Origin: Camelus dromedarius
Lineage: Eukaryota
Reading direction: 5' to 3'
NCBI RefSeq assembly: GCF_036321535.1
Contig: NC_087438.1
Location: forward strand, 2,420,001 to 2,484,000
Length of the DNA: 64,000 nt
The notes under the pieces are model-generated. The model was not told where the DNA came from and did no database searches. It saw nothing but the letters and a program-made list of their open reading frames with translations. Position numbers and translations under genes: made by a program. Below, piece by piece: positions 1 through 12,004 of this stretch (the first letter of the stretch is position 1; the number at the start of each line of letters is the position of its first letter).

Positions 1-27
1 CACCAGTGCCCCCACCCTAAGCACCAG

Positions 28-532
28 TGAAACAGGGAAGAACAAATCTGACTCCATGTTGGGTCCGTTCCCTTAGATCTTCCCGGCGCTCTGCTTCCTG
101 GGCTCCGTCACGCTGGCTCCGCACCTTTTGTGAGAGAATGTTGCCTGTAGCCTGAAATGTCCAGGAGAGCCCTTCCCAAGCCCTGATCTTTAAGGGTGGA
201 ACATCTTCCCATTCGCACAGAGATAAGAAGCTGTAGATAAGGAGGATGGCTTGTGTCTTGCTGGGAGTTTACAGAGACACCATGACCTGACCCACACGGA
301 CAGCTGCAAGAACCAAGGATTCCGACTCTAAGAAGTTTGCGCCAACCAACCTCGCTCCAGGTATAAGAGGAGCCTGAATTCTGACTCGAGGGAAGGTAGT
401 TCTCTAGGACATCAGTTCCTCATCTTCTTGGTCTGCTGGCTTTCTGAAAAGAGTCATTCTTTGCCCCAACACCTCATCTCCTGGTTCACTGGCCTGTCAT
501 GCGGCGAGCAGACGAGTTTGGACTCAGCAACA
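28..532 (+). mobile_element. Solo ERV1-class LTR (MER34/MER39-like)
   Basis: TG...CA ends (tgaaacaggg...cagcaaca). Flanks are ccag/cgag, a 4-bp TSD with 1 mismatch. TATA-like gtataag at 361. The 3' end (cttgccccaacacctcatctc...ggcctgtcatgcggcgagcagacgagtttggactcagcaaca) resembles recalled MER34/MER39-type LTRs. Confidence 0.85.
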
Positions 533-3231
533 CGAGGGCTGCGACGGGAAACGTGAGCGTCTCAGTCCTGCTGTGAATGGAAGTCAAGCCTCCGACCACC
601 AGTTCCCCGGAGGAGTGAGGGGGGCCGGGTGAGAGGCACCCTGCCCTCTCCAGTTGCTGCCTTTAGGTAAACAAGAGTGAAATTGTCCTCGTGGGAGGAA
701 CGGGAGGTGGGGTCTTTTTAAACACTGCCCATCGCAGGTAGTTTCCCTTAAAAGCCAGCCCTGGATGTCTCCCTGCCACCAGCGGCCTATACGTGGGAGA
801 GCCACGGCCGCAGGTGGGCAGCGGCCCTGGATGCAGGGCAGGTGGGTCACGGTGCAGCCCGTCTGTGCTGGGGAGACCCAAGGCAGCGGACTCTCAGGGA
901 CTGGGCTGATCGAATTCTTTCCCACTGATTTTGAAAGTTAGTAATGGGCTCAACTGGAAGCCATTTAAAAAGCCATGGGGTTAGAACATACCAGGGGACT
1001 TTGGGGACAAGATTTCAGGCAGCTGCAGGACAACAGGGGGTGAGAGGCAGAGACACTCAATTCCGTAATATTCAGTGCTTTCCCAATTTGTAAAAAGCCT
1101 TTTCTGAAATGGGTTCGCTTTGCGACTGGTTCTTTCATGAACAAAAATATCCACGCTTCCCTTTCATCGTGGCGTTGGCACTTCAGCTCCTTGTGTTGCT
1201 GGGTTTCCATGCCAGGGGCTCCATCAAAGCCGCTTTAGCTGGAAACAGAAAGTTACTCGCCTGCACATGTGCGGCATTGAAACGATTGCTTCTGGTAGCA
1301 GAAAAGCTGGGTTAAAGCCTGTCCTGTCGGTGGCTGCCCGGAGTGTTTGCCTCACAGAGTTATGAAGCAGATACTCTGGGTTCCCCGGATACAGATGAGC
1401 GACACAGAGACATGGTTGCCATACCAACACCTGGCTAGTGACGGGTCTGGGCTGAAGCCACATTTCCAGAAAGTGGAGGAAATGGGTGATGGTCATCATC
1501 TGCCATCAAGTATCTTGGGGGTCAGGAGGGCTCTTTCTGGAGAAGTGGCCCTTGTGCGGACCGCCGAGGGAGCGCAAGCTCAGAAGGATGGGGATCGCAA
1601 CACAAAATAGGTCAAATGTCTTAGAACGTCCCCTGTGATGATGTGAAGCCGTATTGTCACGGTTGAGATTTTAATTTTTTTTACATTGTTAATTAATCAA
1701 TCCATTAGTCTGCAATACGGAGAGAATAGGACATTCGGGGGTGTGGCAGAAAAACAAGATTAAAATACAATAATCCTTGAAAAACTGCATCCCGCCCTTT
1801 GAGCCCGTGTGCGTTCTGCCTCCAGCTCTACCTCAGGAAATCAGGGCGTGTTTCGGGGCAGCCCGAGTGTTTATGCTCCAATCCTTTCATGTTTCTGATG
1901 CGTACATGCTCACCAAGTCTCAGCTTTGTTGGCTTCTTAACACGAACAAAAATGCTTACTTGTTCTAGAGAAATGCTTCCCTGCAAAGTGACACCCTCCG
2001 AGGCTCCTGATATCTCAGAGCTCTCTTTTGCTCCCAGATCAAGCTGATACACAGTGAAAACGAAGTCAGCAGCGCTGAGGCGCTCCTTGCCCAGCTGTGC
2101 CCAGAGCCCGTCCCCACCACCACACGTTCAATCTACAGCAAAGAGGGAAAAATTAGCCAAGTGAAGACCTGCTCTTATCCTTGATGGTCACGCCTCCTAT
2201 TGTAGGAACAGGTTCTTGGGATTTAATTTTTGTTTCTTTTTTCTTTCATGCAGACTGCTCCCTAGAAAGACCTTCCTTGGCGCAGTGGGCTTGATATTCA
2301 GCAGACACCCAGGAAGAAACGTTGCTTACACGTTGCATCAGAAAACAAGCAGGGCGTCCTCTAAGAACCAGAAAAAGCCCGAGACTGTCCAGCTCGGTCT
2401 CCCCTCGAGGGGTGCTCCTGGGGATGCGCGATCCTCGGGGGGTTCTCAGGTCACTTGCGGTCAGGCCAGCGGGTTGAAGAAAGGTAAGTGGATTTTGGCG
2501 GTGGGGCTTCTGGAGCCCCAGACCGTCTCCGGTGTAGCACTTCCCAGGGCCGTCTCTCCAGGGCATCTCCCAGCGTCCTCTCCTGAACGCTGGCGAGAAG
2601 ATGCGGTGTCCCCGCCAGATGGGAGCTGAGAGCCGGCAGAGTGAGGCCACGCCCATGCCGACAACTAGTCCTAGAACTGAGACCGCCCCGATTTCCACAG
2701 GCTCCCCTTCTACGCACACTGAGACAATGCACTTCGCTCTTCTTCCAAATGGCTCAAAGCCATGAAACACATGATCGGTTTAGCTCCAGCCCTTGCAGAG
2801 CTGTACCCGTAATTACCTACATGAAGAGTCAGAGAGGACTGATTTGAATGTTTCCTTAATTTTATTTGAAACTAAAAGCGCTTAAAAAAAAAAACTTAGA
2901 AAAACTGTCAGTTTTGAGAAAGAATCAGGTGTTATAAAAATCCCAAGCCTGCGGGGCGTATCCGTCCCCGTGAACTGGCTGCATTAACACCGCTGGGGTT
3001 TCCAACCTCTGTTTTTCCACGCTTGTCACATGGCAGGCCCTCCTGGGGCGGGGCCTCTGAATGCGCCCTTGCTGCCCCACCGCTGCGCCCTGGCCTGGCT
3101 CTGTGGATGACCTTCATCATGGCAGGGTGTCTGGGGCCTCAGAAATCATAGTCTTCACACGTTCAGTCACCTCGTGGTCCCCCGGGGCCCGTGGAAGGGT
3201 CCCCTTCTCCATGACCAGTATCATCACCAGA

Positions 3232-3606
3232 TGCTACGGACTGAAGGTTTGTGTCCCCTCAGATCCACATGCTGAAGCCCTAACTCCCAGCGCACTGGCA
3301 TTTGGAGGGGTCTTTGGGAGGTGGCTAGGCTCAGACGCAGTTATGAGGGTGGGGCCACCACCACGGATTACTGTCCTTATAAGAAGAGGCAGAGCCACCA
3401 GACCCGCCGGCCCCACCTCTGCCTGCCAGGTGAGGACACAGAGAGACGGAGTCCATCTCTGCCAGAGAGTGGGCTCTCTCCAGGATCCAAGGCAGTGCAC
3501 ACCTTGACCTTGGAGGTCCAGCCTCCTGAGATGGGAGAAATGAACACCTGCTGGTTAAGCCCCCGGCCTGTGGTATTTGTTTTAGCGGACTGAGTGGCCT
3601 GGGACA
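3232..3606 (+). mobile_element. MaLR LTR, MLT1A-like
   Basis: Starts tgctacggactgaaggtttgtgtcccc, carries the MLT1A motifs gtccagcctcc and tgtggtatttgtt, and ends gggaca. 5-bp TSD ccaga/ccagg. Confidence 0.85.
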
Positions 3607-3693
3607 CCAGGGTGGGTGCTAAGTCACCCTCTGTGCCTGCTTCTACCTGGACCTGAGGTGCTCCAGGTCACGAGGCTCACTCAGAAGTGACAG

Positions 3694-4189
3694 TGAGATG
3701 GGAGGGAAGGGGGCAGGGCACAATCGTCAAAAGAAGGACACAGCCATTGAGAAAAACAGGATGTGACACCAACTGGTTAGAACCAACTAGGCCCAAGATG
3801 TCGGGAGATTCACCTTCAGGAAAACTTGAGCCTCATTATCGGCTGATTATGGTACATTGGCTGCTAAATGACACCCCCGCGGGCACCATGACAGCTCCCA
3901 TTAAAGGACAGAGTGGGCGGCGGCCCAGTTCCTGGAAATCCCTGTCCCTTCCCCAAAGATGTTGGAATAATCCTCTACTGGTTAGGGTATGAAATTGCCC
4001 AGCCCATAAAAGCCACCTACCCCGCACCTCGTGGTCACCCTCACTTTTCTAGAGGGCCCCCTGCTCTGGGGCCACCTCTCTTGCCTTCTGAGGCGGCCCG
4101 CACGCTGTCCACGGGACGTTCAGCTTTCACTCGACTCTGGCTCGCTCTTCCGTTATTCCCTTCACAAGGCAAGAACTTATTCTCGGCCA
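3694..4189 (+). mobile_element. Solo ERV1 LTR, MER41-like
   Basis: TG...CA ends with a perfect 4-bp TSD acag (3690-3693 and 4190-4193). Internal blocks ccaagatg, gcaccatgacag and cagttcctggaaat...gaataatcc match the recalled MER41 layout. Confidence 0.85.
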
Positions 4190-5874
4190 ACAGTAGCACC
4201 GGGGAGGGAGGGCCAGTGCACTCTGACCTCCCAGGCTCAATGGCTGGCCTCAGAGGTCATTGTTTCTCCCCTAGAGTGCTACCCTCTCTCCCAGGTGACA
4301 CCGTCAGGCCTGGTCCAGGAGAGTCCTGGTGGGGCTGTGGGTGAGAACCAAGGAGGCGGGGTCTCTCCCCAGGCCAGGGCTCGGCTGCATGTACCAGCAG
4401 GACATGGAGAGCAGAATCGGGGACCAAGTGCCCAGAAGAGGTCGACCGGGGATGACAAAGCAGGGCAGGCAGGCTGGGGGGTCGTCCTGGTGAGGCGGCG
4501 CCTGCAGGTCCGGGTGGACCAGAGTCCCCAGGGGCCCCGGAGGCCAGGGCGGGCATCGGACCTGGTCGCTCAGGTGAGCGGACGCATCCTCCTTCCTCTG
4601 TGGTTGTGAAGGTTGCATCTCACCCAGAGAAGACAGGTGTGAGTAGAACCAGAAGGTGAAGGAAATCCCAGCGCCTCCAGCAACTGAGGACTTGCTTGGA
4701 TAAGAGACTCAGCTGCTTGACTGGAGAACTTCTCCAACTTAGGTGCCAGTGGACTCGGTACATATTCTGAGGCCTTGTTTCCCATCTGTGCAAGATGTCT
4801 GCACTGACACATCTTCCAACACGTGGGAAGCTCTCTGTGCTCTGAGACTACTGAGTTCTGAGTGCACTGGAGCAGAAGTGCAGCATGGAGGTGAGGTGCA
4901 GGGACGGGGTTGGAGGCTCGGGTCCCTGATGCCATGTTAGACGCAGACCCTAAAAAGGCATTGTTTCCACTTTGGGGTCCTTGGGGTGGGCCTTTGGCAG
5001 GCTGATGACGTGACCTTGGAACTTGACGACCTTGGCCCTTGAAGTGCCCCCTCCCCACGTAGCCAGGGCCTGGCCTGCAGCTCATTAAAAATGCCATCCA
5101 CCCTGTCTTTGTGGCAAGTTCTCATTCACTTAAAAGACAAACACCTCCTGGCCCTAACAAAATATATATTTTTGACAAAGATAAGAATTTCTATGAGAAC
5201 ACATGTTCTCTGGTGGAGACCCATGTCCATAAGGACCCGTGAGCATTTTCAGGGCATCCCTGATGGACCTGCTTGCGCTCTGTGCTCGAAGCAGCAACTA
5301 CATAAGGCTGTTCAGAAGACAGAACGAATAACTGTGTCCACTGGGTTCGCCAGCAGATCGAAAGGTTTGCTTTATTTTATTTTTCAGAACCGCCTACAGG
5401 AAGCACTGTCTCAGCGCTTCAGATGTCATCAGCTTTGGAGTGTGACGCGCTCTCTCTCGAAGCGGCTGGAAGCGGCAACAGCAGTGCAGGGCTCCGGCTG
5501 CAGACCGCTCAGTGGGAGGACCAGGCAGAGGCTGCCTGGATCTTGCGGCGTGAACCGCAGCCAGTAATCCAGTCGGCCTGTGGCCTGGGACCTACAGAAC
5601 TGAAATTCAGTACATTTTCCATTCTGATTTGTTCCAATAAAAATCCCCCAATCTAAGAAATTTGTTTCATAACCCTTTTAACAAGTGGCAACTCGCAACT
5701 AGAAAAACCTAGGCCCTTTGCTCAAACAGACAGAAAAGTTAAAGTGAAACCAGAGGATCTTTTAAGAAACAACACGCTTTGGACAGAAGTCTGGCTGAAA
5801 GGCCTGGCTGAGATAGCGAGGAGGTTTGATGAAATCTGGTCTCCAAGGAAGGCTGGTCTCCAGCGCTAACTTTA

Positions 5875-6020
5875 TCTTTGCTGAGAAGCACGTCACATGC
5901 CATGAATCTCGCCATTTTAAAGCGTGCAGTCAGTGGATGGGAGTGCGTTCCTGAGGCTGTGCAGCTCTCACAGCCAATCCCGGGGCACTCTGGGCATCCC
6001 CGAGCTAACCGGGCCCGTTT
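5875..6020 (-). mobile_element. Old L1 (L1MB-like) 3' tail remnant, GC-shifted
   Basis: cacatgccatgaatctcgccattttaaagcgtgcagtcagtgg aligns to the L1MB 3' end cacataccataaaattcacccttttaaagtgtacaattcagtgg. Confidence 0.65.
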
Positions 6021-6143
6021 CATCTCACAGTGAAAGTGTTCAGAGCGCCTGAGACCGGCTACGTGGTGACAATGTTTACTGAGAAGTTTTGAGACTTTCA
6101 TAGAAGACTGGAAATAACTAAATGCAAATAGGAAGGTTTGTCC

Positions 6144-6574
6144 TATAGCTCAGCCATGAAACGAAACAGTGCCGCTTGCAGCAACATGGATGCGCCTAGA
6201 GATGATCACACTAACTGAAGTAAGTCAGAGAAACACAAATATCATATAATATTTGTACTTGGAATCTAAAAAAAAAAAATGATACAGATTCTATTCACAA
6301 ACCCAAACAGACTCACGGACACAGAAAACAAACCATGGTGACCAAAGGGGAAGGGGGGGAGGAGGGATAAATCTGGGGTTTGGGATTCGCAGATACACAC
6401 TACTGTGTATAAAATAGGTCAACAGCGAAGTCCTACTGCACAGCACAGGGGGCTACATCCGTACCTTGTAATAACCTATACTGGAAAATAATCTGAAGAA
6501 GAATATATATGCATAACTGAATCACTTTACTCAACATTATAAATCAACCATACTTAAATAAAAAAATTTTAAAA
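6144..6574 (+). mobile_element. 5'-truncated L1 (3' UTR plus A tail)
   Basis: gcagcaacatggatg...ctgaagtaagtcag...aaatcaaccatactt followed by an A-rich tail. Degenerate TSD ggaaggtttgtcc (6131-6143) / agaaagtttgtac (6575-6587). Confidence 0.9.
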
Positions 6575-9500
6575 AGAAAGTTTGTACTGTAAATTGTCTC
6601 TAAAACAGATGGAAAGCTCTCAGAGGCTCACGGTGTTAACACTTAACATCCTTAAAGAAAGCTACTGCTTTCCTTTCTGAGTTCTGAGCTCAAACGGCCA
6701 GCTAGCATTTAGAGGCATTCAGGACACTGCTGGCAATGTCTCTAGGGGCCATTGGATCCAATCATCTTGGCAAATACTGTGTGCATAAGAGATGCCATTA
6801 AAGCTGGGAAAGCAGGACATCCGTTGACCACTAATATTACGGATCATCCGCTCGTGCAGCCAGGACACTGTCTTCTTTGCCTTCTTTCCCTGAGCTCCCA
6901 GGAGAATTAATGTAATTCAAGTTTTGTCTCATAATTTCCAGTCAGACAGCCCTCTGGACATCCATCCCAGGCCGGCTCCATCAACGGCAACACAACTCTG
7001 ACAGTTTGAAGCTCGCCTTTAAAAACGCACAGCGAGCGAAGCTTTCAAAAAGAGCGAGACGTTGACTTTCAGAGCAGCCCTGCCTAGCACCGCAGTCTCG
7101 ACACGGGGAGTTTCCGAGGGAGAGCGTGCAGGGTGGGTGGTGGCAGAGAGGACAGCGGTCCTCCCGGGGAACCCGCGCATCCTCAGTCTACACCCACTCG
7201 CTCTCATCGGAGACAAAAAAGCGTACGTGAGAGGCAAAGCTTATCCCCTCTTGTGCTGCTGTGGCAGGTGAGACACTGTTTTTCTTATGCTCTTCGAAAG
7301 AGAGAAGGCAACTGAAGCTGGAGTCGGCGGCGAGCCCAGCGGCTGCGGTTAGCGCGTCTTCATCTTTGTGGCGTCCACCTCCACCAGGTGAACTTGCCTC
7401 CACTCACGTGGGTTCCTCCAGGCTCTGGGCTCAGGACTGAGCCCACCCCTCGTCCAGTGATGAGGCTGGAGCCAGCCCGGCTGACCAGCAGTGGCCATTC
7501 TGGAGAACCGCCTGGTCTTCCACTGCCTCTGAAGATTTAATGATAAAGTTTCCTAATTGAGAACTTTCCCTCCGTTTGGAGGGAATTGACTCATACCTGG
7601 AACGGCTTCAGGGAGCTGTTTCACTGCCTATAGATTTAAACAATGGGAAGCCCAACCGTCCTGGTGTTCTCCACCTGCTGGCTGCCCGGTTACGGAGACC
7701 ACATGAAGGCTCCAAGCCATCAGATGAAGAGAAATTGACCTTCACCTTACGATGTCATTGGTGCTCCTTTGCCCCTGCATAGACGTTTTCAGAAGCAGCC
7801 TGGCAGGTGGGTTGAAATTAGCTGGGGCGTCTGGCCTGGTGGCGTATGCACCACTGGGGACTGCTGTTTCCATGTCATTCTTCAGCCGTGGGTCTCAGCT
7901 GTGATTTGTCCCAAACAGAGCGTGCTGGCCGGGGTGAGGACCAATGCCGTCCAGAATGGGATGGGTGCACCAGAGCTGTGAGAGCCACCCCAAGGAAACA
8001 CATTAGCTCGTGGCCCTTTGAGTCCCATTGTTTGAAGCTAACACCCCAGGCTTTAGAACAGACTGCAAACATGAGCTCACCGGAAGCGTGGGTGTCTACC
8101 CTGCTGGGCTCCTGGCCATTAGCAGGGAAATCCATCAACATACGTGTTTGCAACTGATTCCTTCACCGCGGCTTTCTGCTGCTTATATGGAAACAGCCCG
8201 TGGCTGTGAGAACCACTGGGTCTCCCCGCCGGGGTAACCCCTTTCCAGCAGGAGTACTGAGGGCAGCACGGCCCGGGAGCCGGAGACCTGGACCTCCCGC
8301 TGTCATGTGGTCCCCTCCCTCCGCACCGGCTACTCCGAGCCTGCATCCGCTCCCAGACACTCATGTGGGCACACCGATGTAAACGTGGCACAAATTTGGG
8401 CAGCCTCCTTAAGGCAAAAGCGTGGAGGAGAAATCCTTACACCTGAGATGGACAATTAATAAAGTAAGTGGCTATTTTCAGAAAACCGTGAGTTAGGAAT
8501 TTGAAGGTGAGCTGTTCGTGTGAGCTAACACACACGGCCCACCTGTCTTAACAAAAACCCTTGAAATCACTGCAGACTCCGCAAGAACAGGACATAGAAG
8601 CCTAGATGGGGTCTCTATGCCTTGGTGCCCATGGAGGATGGGCCTAGTACAAACCAGTCAATTCTTGACCCAAAGAAGGCTTATTAATGTGTAAAAAAGA
8701 AAATGTAACATTGGAATCGGTCAGCCCTGAGTTTGACGCTTTACTCTGCCGTCACTTAGCCGGGGGCTGAGCTTTATCGTCAGTGAGACGTGGGCTGAAT
8801 AGCCTAGAAAGTCCACAGGCCCCTAGAGACCAGCACCCAGCCGATGGGACCGAGTTACCCCCTCCAGACCCCTCCAGTCCTGTTGGGCGTCACTGCGACT
8901 TTCCTTGGCTCAGATGCCGGTGAGGGCATGTTAATCACAACGTGCAGCCTCCGACTATACGTGCGCTTAAAGCAGAGACGCCCTTTCACCCGCGTGGAAC
9001 CATCGTCACCCACACGAGCGCCCAGGAAGGTTCGGTGGATACGGAATGCCAGGACCCCCAAACTTTGGGGAACCCCGAAATGCGTGCCCTTTTGTTTTTG
9101 CGCTTTCCTCCCCCCTCACCAGCCACGCCACATGCAGCTGGGAAGTCCACGGCCGCGGGGAGAACAGCTCAGGCCAGCCCAGGCCCGGCTTTGTGAGCGC
9201 TGGGAACTGCCGCCCTGGGACCTGGAGCCAGAACTACGGGAAAGCGGGAGCTGTCCGGGGGCTGCTGGCTGGACTCACCGTCGGGAACCACTACAGTTCC
9301 CCTGCTATGAAAACACCCCGGCGGGGAGGGCAGGGAATGACTGACGTTCACGGGGTCACCGGGAGGCTGTCCATGACCCGGTCTCACTGCCCCACCAGCT
9401 CAGGGCTCACTGGGCACCTGTTCCGTCTGGGGAGACTTTTTGGAATGTGAGGCTGAGGCTTTCCCAACAGAGCAGCTGCAGAAGGACTCGTGCACCACTT

Positions 9501-10579
9501 CCCCTGCGCTTTGCAGAAGTTCGCTCAGAGACTCAAGGGAGGGTCTGACCAGGTGTGCCGCCCTCACCTGCATTTCTGTGGAGCAGCAGCTTCTCGAGCA
9601 AGACTCACGATGCACGGGTTGGTCCACCCCGCCACGACCTCCTCCCGTGCTTGTCATGCTTTTCAGGGGCAGGTGGGACCCAGGCCGCCATGGCAGAGGC
9701 TGGGCAGACCAGTCAGGGCCAGTAGCATCTTACCTACCCAACTCACGGACCGCGTCTGAGCCCGGCAAGGGCTCTCCTCCAGAGTCAGGGCTCTTCTGCT
9801 CTGGAAGAGAGTCTTCTAGGTGGGCTGAGAACAGGCACAGAAAAGCATGCGCATGACCTGACATTTCTCTGGTTTAAAAACAAAACACATTAAAACAAGA
9901 GAAACTGGGGAGAAAACACTGACATGATATGGCCATTCTCCTTCAAATGCTGAGACCCTCTGCTGTTGGTGTGGAGTGGAAGCGAGGAAGCTCTGGACGC
10001 TTGGCTAGCTTGGGCTGCCTATGGCTAGCTCCTAAAATACACATGAGGCTGAAGACACATTTTCAACTTGCAGTTACCATTTTAGTTAAGTCTCTGGGTT
10101 AAAGAAAAATAAGAGAGCATTACATGCAATGGGTATTTCTTTTGGCAAAATAAAAATATCAGACGTGCTGAAATTACAGAGTTCATTTCAGCCGGAAGCT
10201 GGGGAGCCCCTTTCAAGGACGGCAGTCCTCCTGCTGCCTGGGAACACAAACAGATGCTCGGCCGTGCTCACTTATTCGACCACAATGCATGGATGGTGCG
10301 TAAAGGGTGCCATGGAGGGATGTTCGCGGCGCGGCGTGCCAGCTGCAATGGCATCACAGAACAGATGGGACCTAAAGTGGTCCTAAGCTCCATTCTCGTT
10401 TCTTTTGATGAAGAGCTGCACATATAGCGGGAACTTCCAACGGAAACCTATTGCTTGGGGGGAATCGCAATAAAGCCTGAAAACACTGAGGCTTGCTTTT
10501 TATTTGTCGTCTTTCGAGGACTGGACCACACACGTACTGGAAAAGCTTTTCTCTAAACAGTGTGTCCACGCAGCCCGAA

Positions 10580-11110
10580 TCCAACCATCGTTTCTGAGAC
10601 TGTCCCCCGTTTCCCTGAACCCAGGAAAGGGAAGCGGCGCTCGGAAGGCGGCAGGAGGAGGAGGTGGCTGTGTCTGAGCTGGGACCCCGGCCGGCGGGGC
10701 CGCTCCCGGAGGCCCTGCCAGCTGGCTCAGGTAGCTCAGGGCCGGTAGGATGCGGGGCAGACCCACTTCCGGAAACGCGGCCTCACGGAACCAAGCAGCC
10801 AAGGCGGCCCTGTCAAAGCTGCGCGCAAAATCCCGACTCCGCCGCGCACAAGCGCAGCGGCCCTGCGCGCTCCTGGGCGTTCCTGAGCTCTGGGGTCCTG
10901 TCTTCACCCCTGAATAGGGAGCCTCCCTTCACAGGGTCGTTGCGTGGGATGGATAAGAAAACATTCCAGAAGCAGAGCGCGGAGCGTCGGGGGGGGGGCG
11001 CAGCCAGAGGCACGTGAAATGGCCCGATGTCACCTCGCGTGCCAGAGGGCTCCTCCTGACAAAGGCTCATCGCGCCTCCCCTCGGGCTCCTCCTCACAGG
11101 CAGGCCGGCT
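10580..11110. promoter_or_regulatory. CpG-island-like promoter candidate
   Basis: Dense CpG and high GC outside recognisable repeats. ETS/GABP site cacttccgg (10764-10772), palindrome tgcgcgca (10820-10827), NRF1-like gcgcacaagcgca (~10844-10856), E-box cacgtg (11011-11016). Confidence 0.6.
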
Positions 11111-11885
11111 CTCTGGTGACAAGGGTTCTCATTACTGGATTAAAGAAGCAGCATTAGCATTTATATAATATTGCTACGTTACACACACACTGTGTACAAT
11201 GTATAATAACTAAATGGCGCAGACACGTCTGAGCTTCTTGCGTGGGGGCGCGTCAGGCCTCTACCCGCCCCTGTGAAGACCACAGGAGTGCGTCAGCGGT
11301 GCTGTGAGGGGTTCCTTCTGACGTGACTCTCAGTGACAATATTGTTTTCAGTCTTCCTACAATTACACCCTGAATTCTGCTGGCCACAGTCTACCTGGGC
11401 CAACAGCATCCTGTGCCTTACCCACTGCACCATCCCCTCTCCCGAAATGGGGCTGGGAGTTGTGTTGTGCTCAGTGATGGCACATATGACTTTTCCCACA
11501 GTGAAATGTCCCCACGGGGAGGCGGGGGTGAGAGCCGGAACCAGGCATCCGCCCTGAGAGGATGGATGGTCGAGCCCAGGAAGGAGGTCAAGCAGCTTCT
11601 GGACAACGGTGCTGGCCAGTCCCCACTTAGCCCCGCTGTTTACACGTCAAGGGGCAGAGAGAGGGCCCCACCTGCCCGCCTAGTGGGTTGCCAGGCCCAG
11701 TGTCTGCTGTGGGAGGGGTGCTGACGTCCTGGGGGCAGCTTGTGAGACGTTCTGACCGACACCCCCAGTGAGTCAGGTGGGGAGGCTTCTCCAGAATTAC
11801 GTCACTGCTGTTTTTCTGGGGCACGGATTTTGTCATTAAAATCTAAACTATTCCAGCAACTTGGCTATTTCTCTCCCAAGTTCCC

Positions 11886-11901
11886 TGCACTAGATGGCAA
11901 C
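11886..11901 (+). promoter_or_regulatory. CTCF motif candidate
   Basis: tgcactagatggcaac is close to the CTCF core CCACYAGRKGGCRC. This is a motif match only. Confidence 0.4.
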
Positions 11902-12004
11902 ATGAGAGTAAAGCCTAAACTGAGTTTTTCTTCATCTGCTCATGGTCTTAGTTTTGTGAACTGAATATAGTAAACGTTTAATGAAGTTTGCCTGAATTGA
12001 ACTC

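Noticed and set aside
4031..5097. Longest ORFs in the track (192 aa plus, 175 aa minus)
   Set aside because: The plus ORF begins inside an LTR with a non-ATG start. Neither has a recognisable domain, and both are expected by chance in GC-rich DNA.
5087..5100. aaaaatgccatcca, which resembles part of a recalled C/D snoRNA
   Set aside because: The flanking boxes and the rest of the sequence do not match, so this is likely coincidence.
7301..7387. 87-nt plus-strand exon candidate
   Set aside because: The donor (gtgaac) is weak and the peptide is unrecognisable.
7457..7532. C/D-box snoRNA-like pattern (GTGATGA...CTGA...CTGA)
   Set aside because: There is no convincing terminal stem, C' box or recognisable rRNA guide.
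10821..10830. E2F site (reverse complement TTTTGCGCGC)
   Set aside because: It does not fit TTTSSCGC exactly, so I made no cell-cycle gene call.
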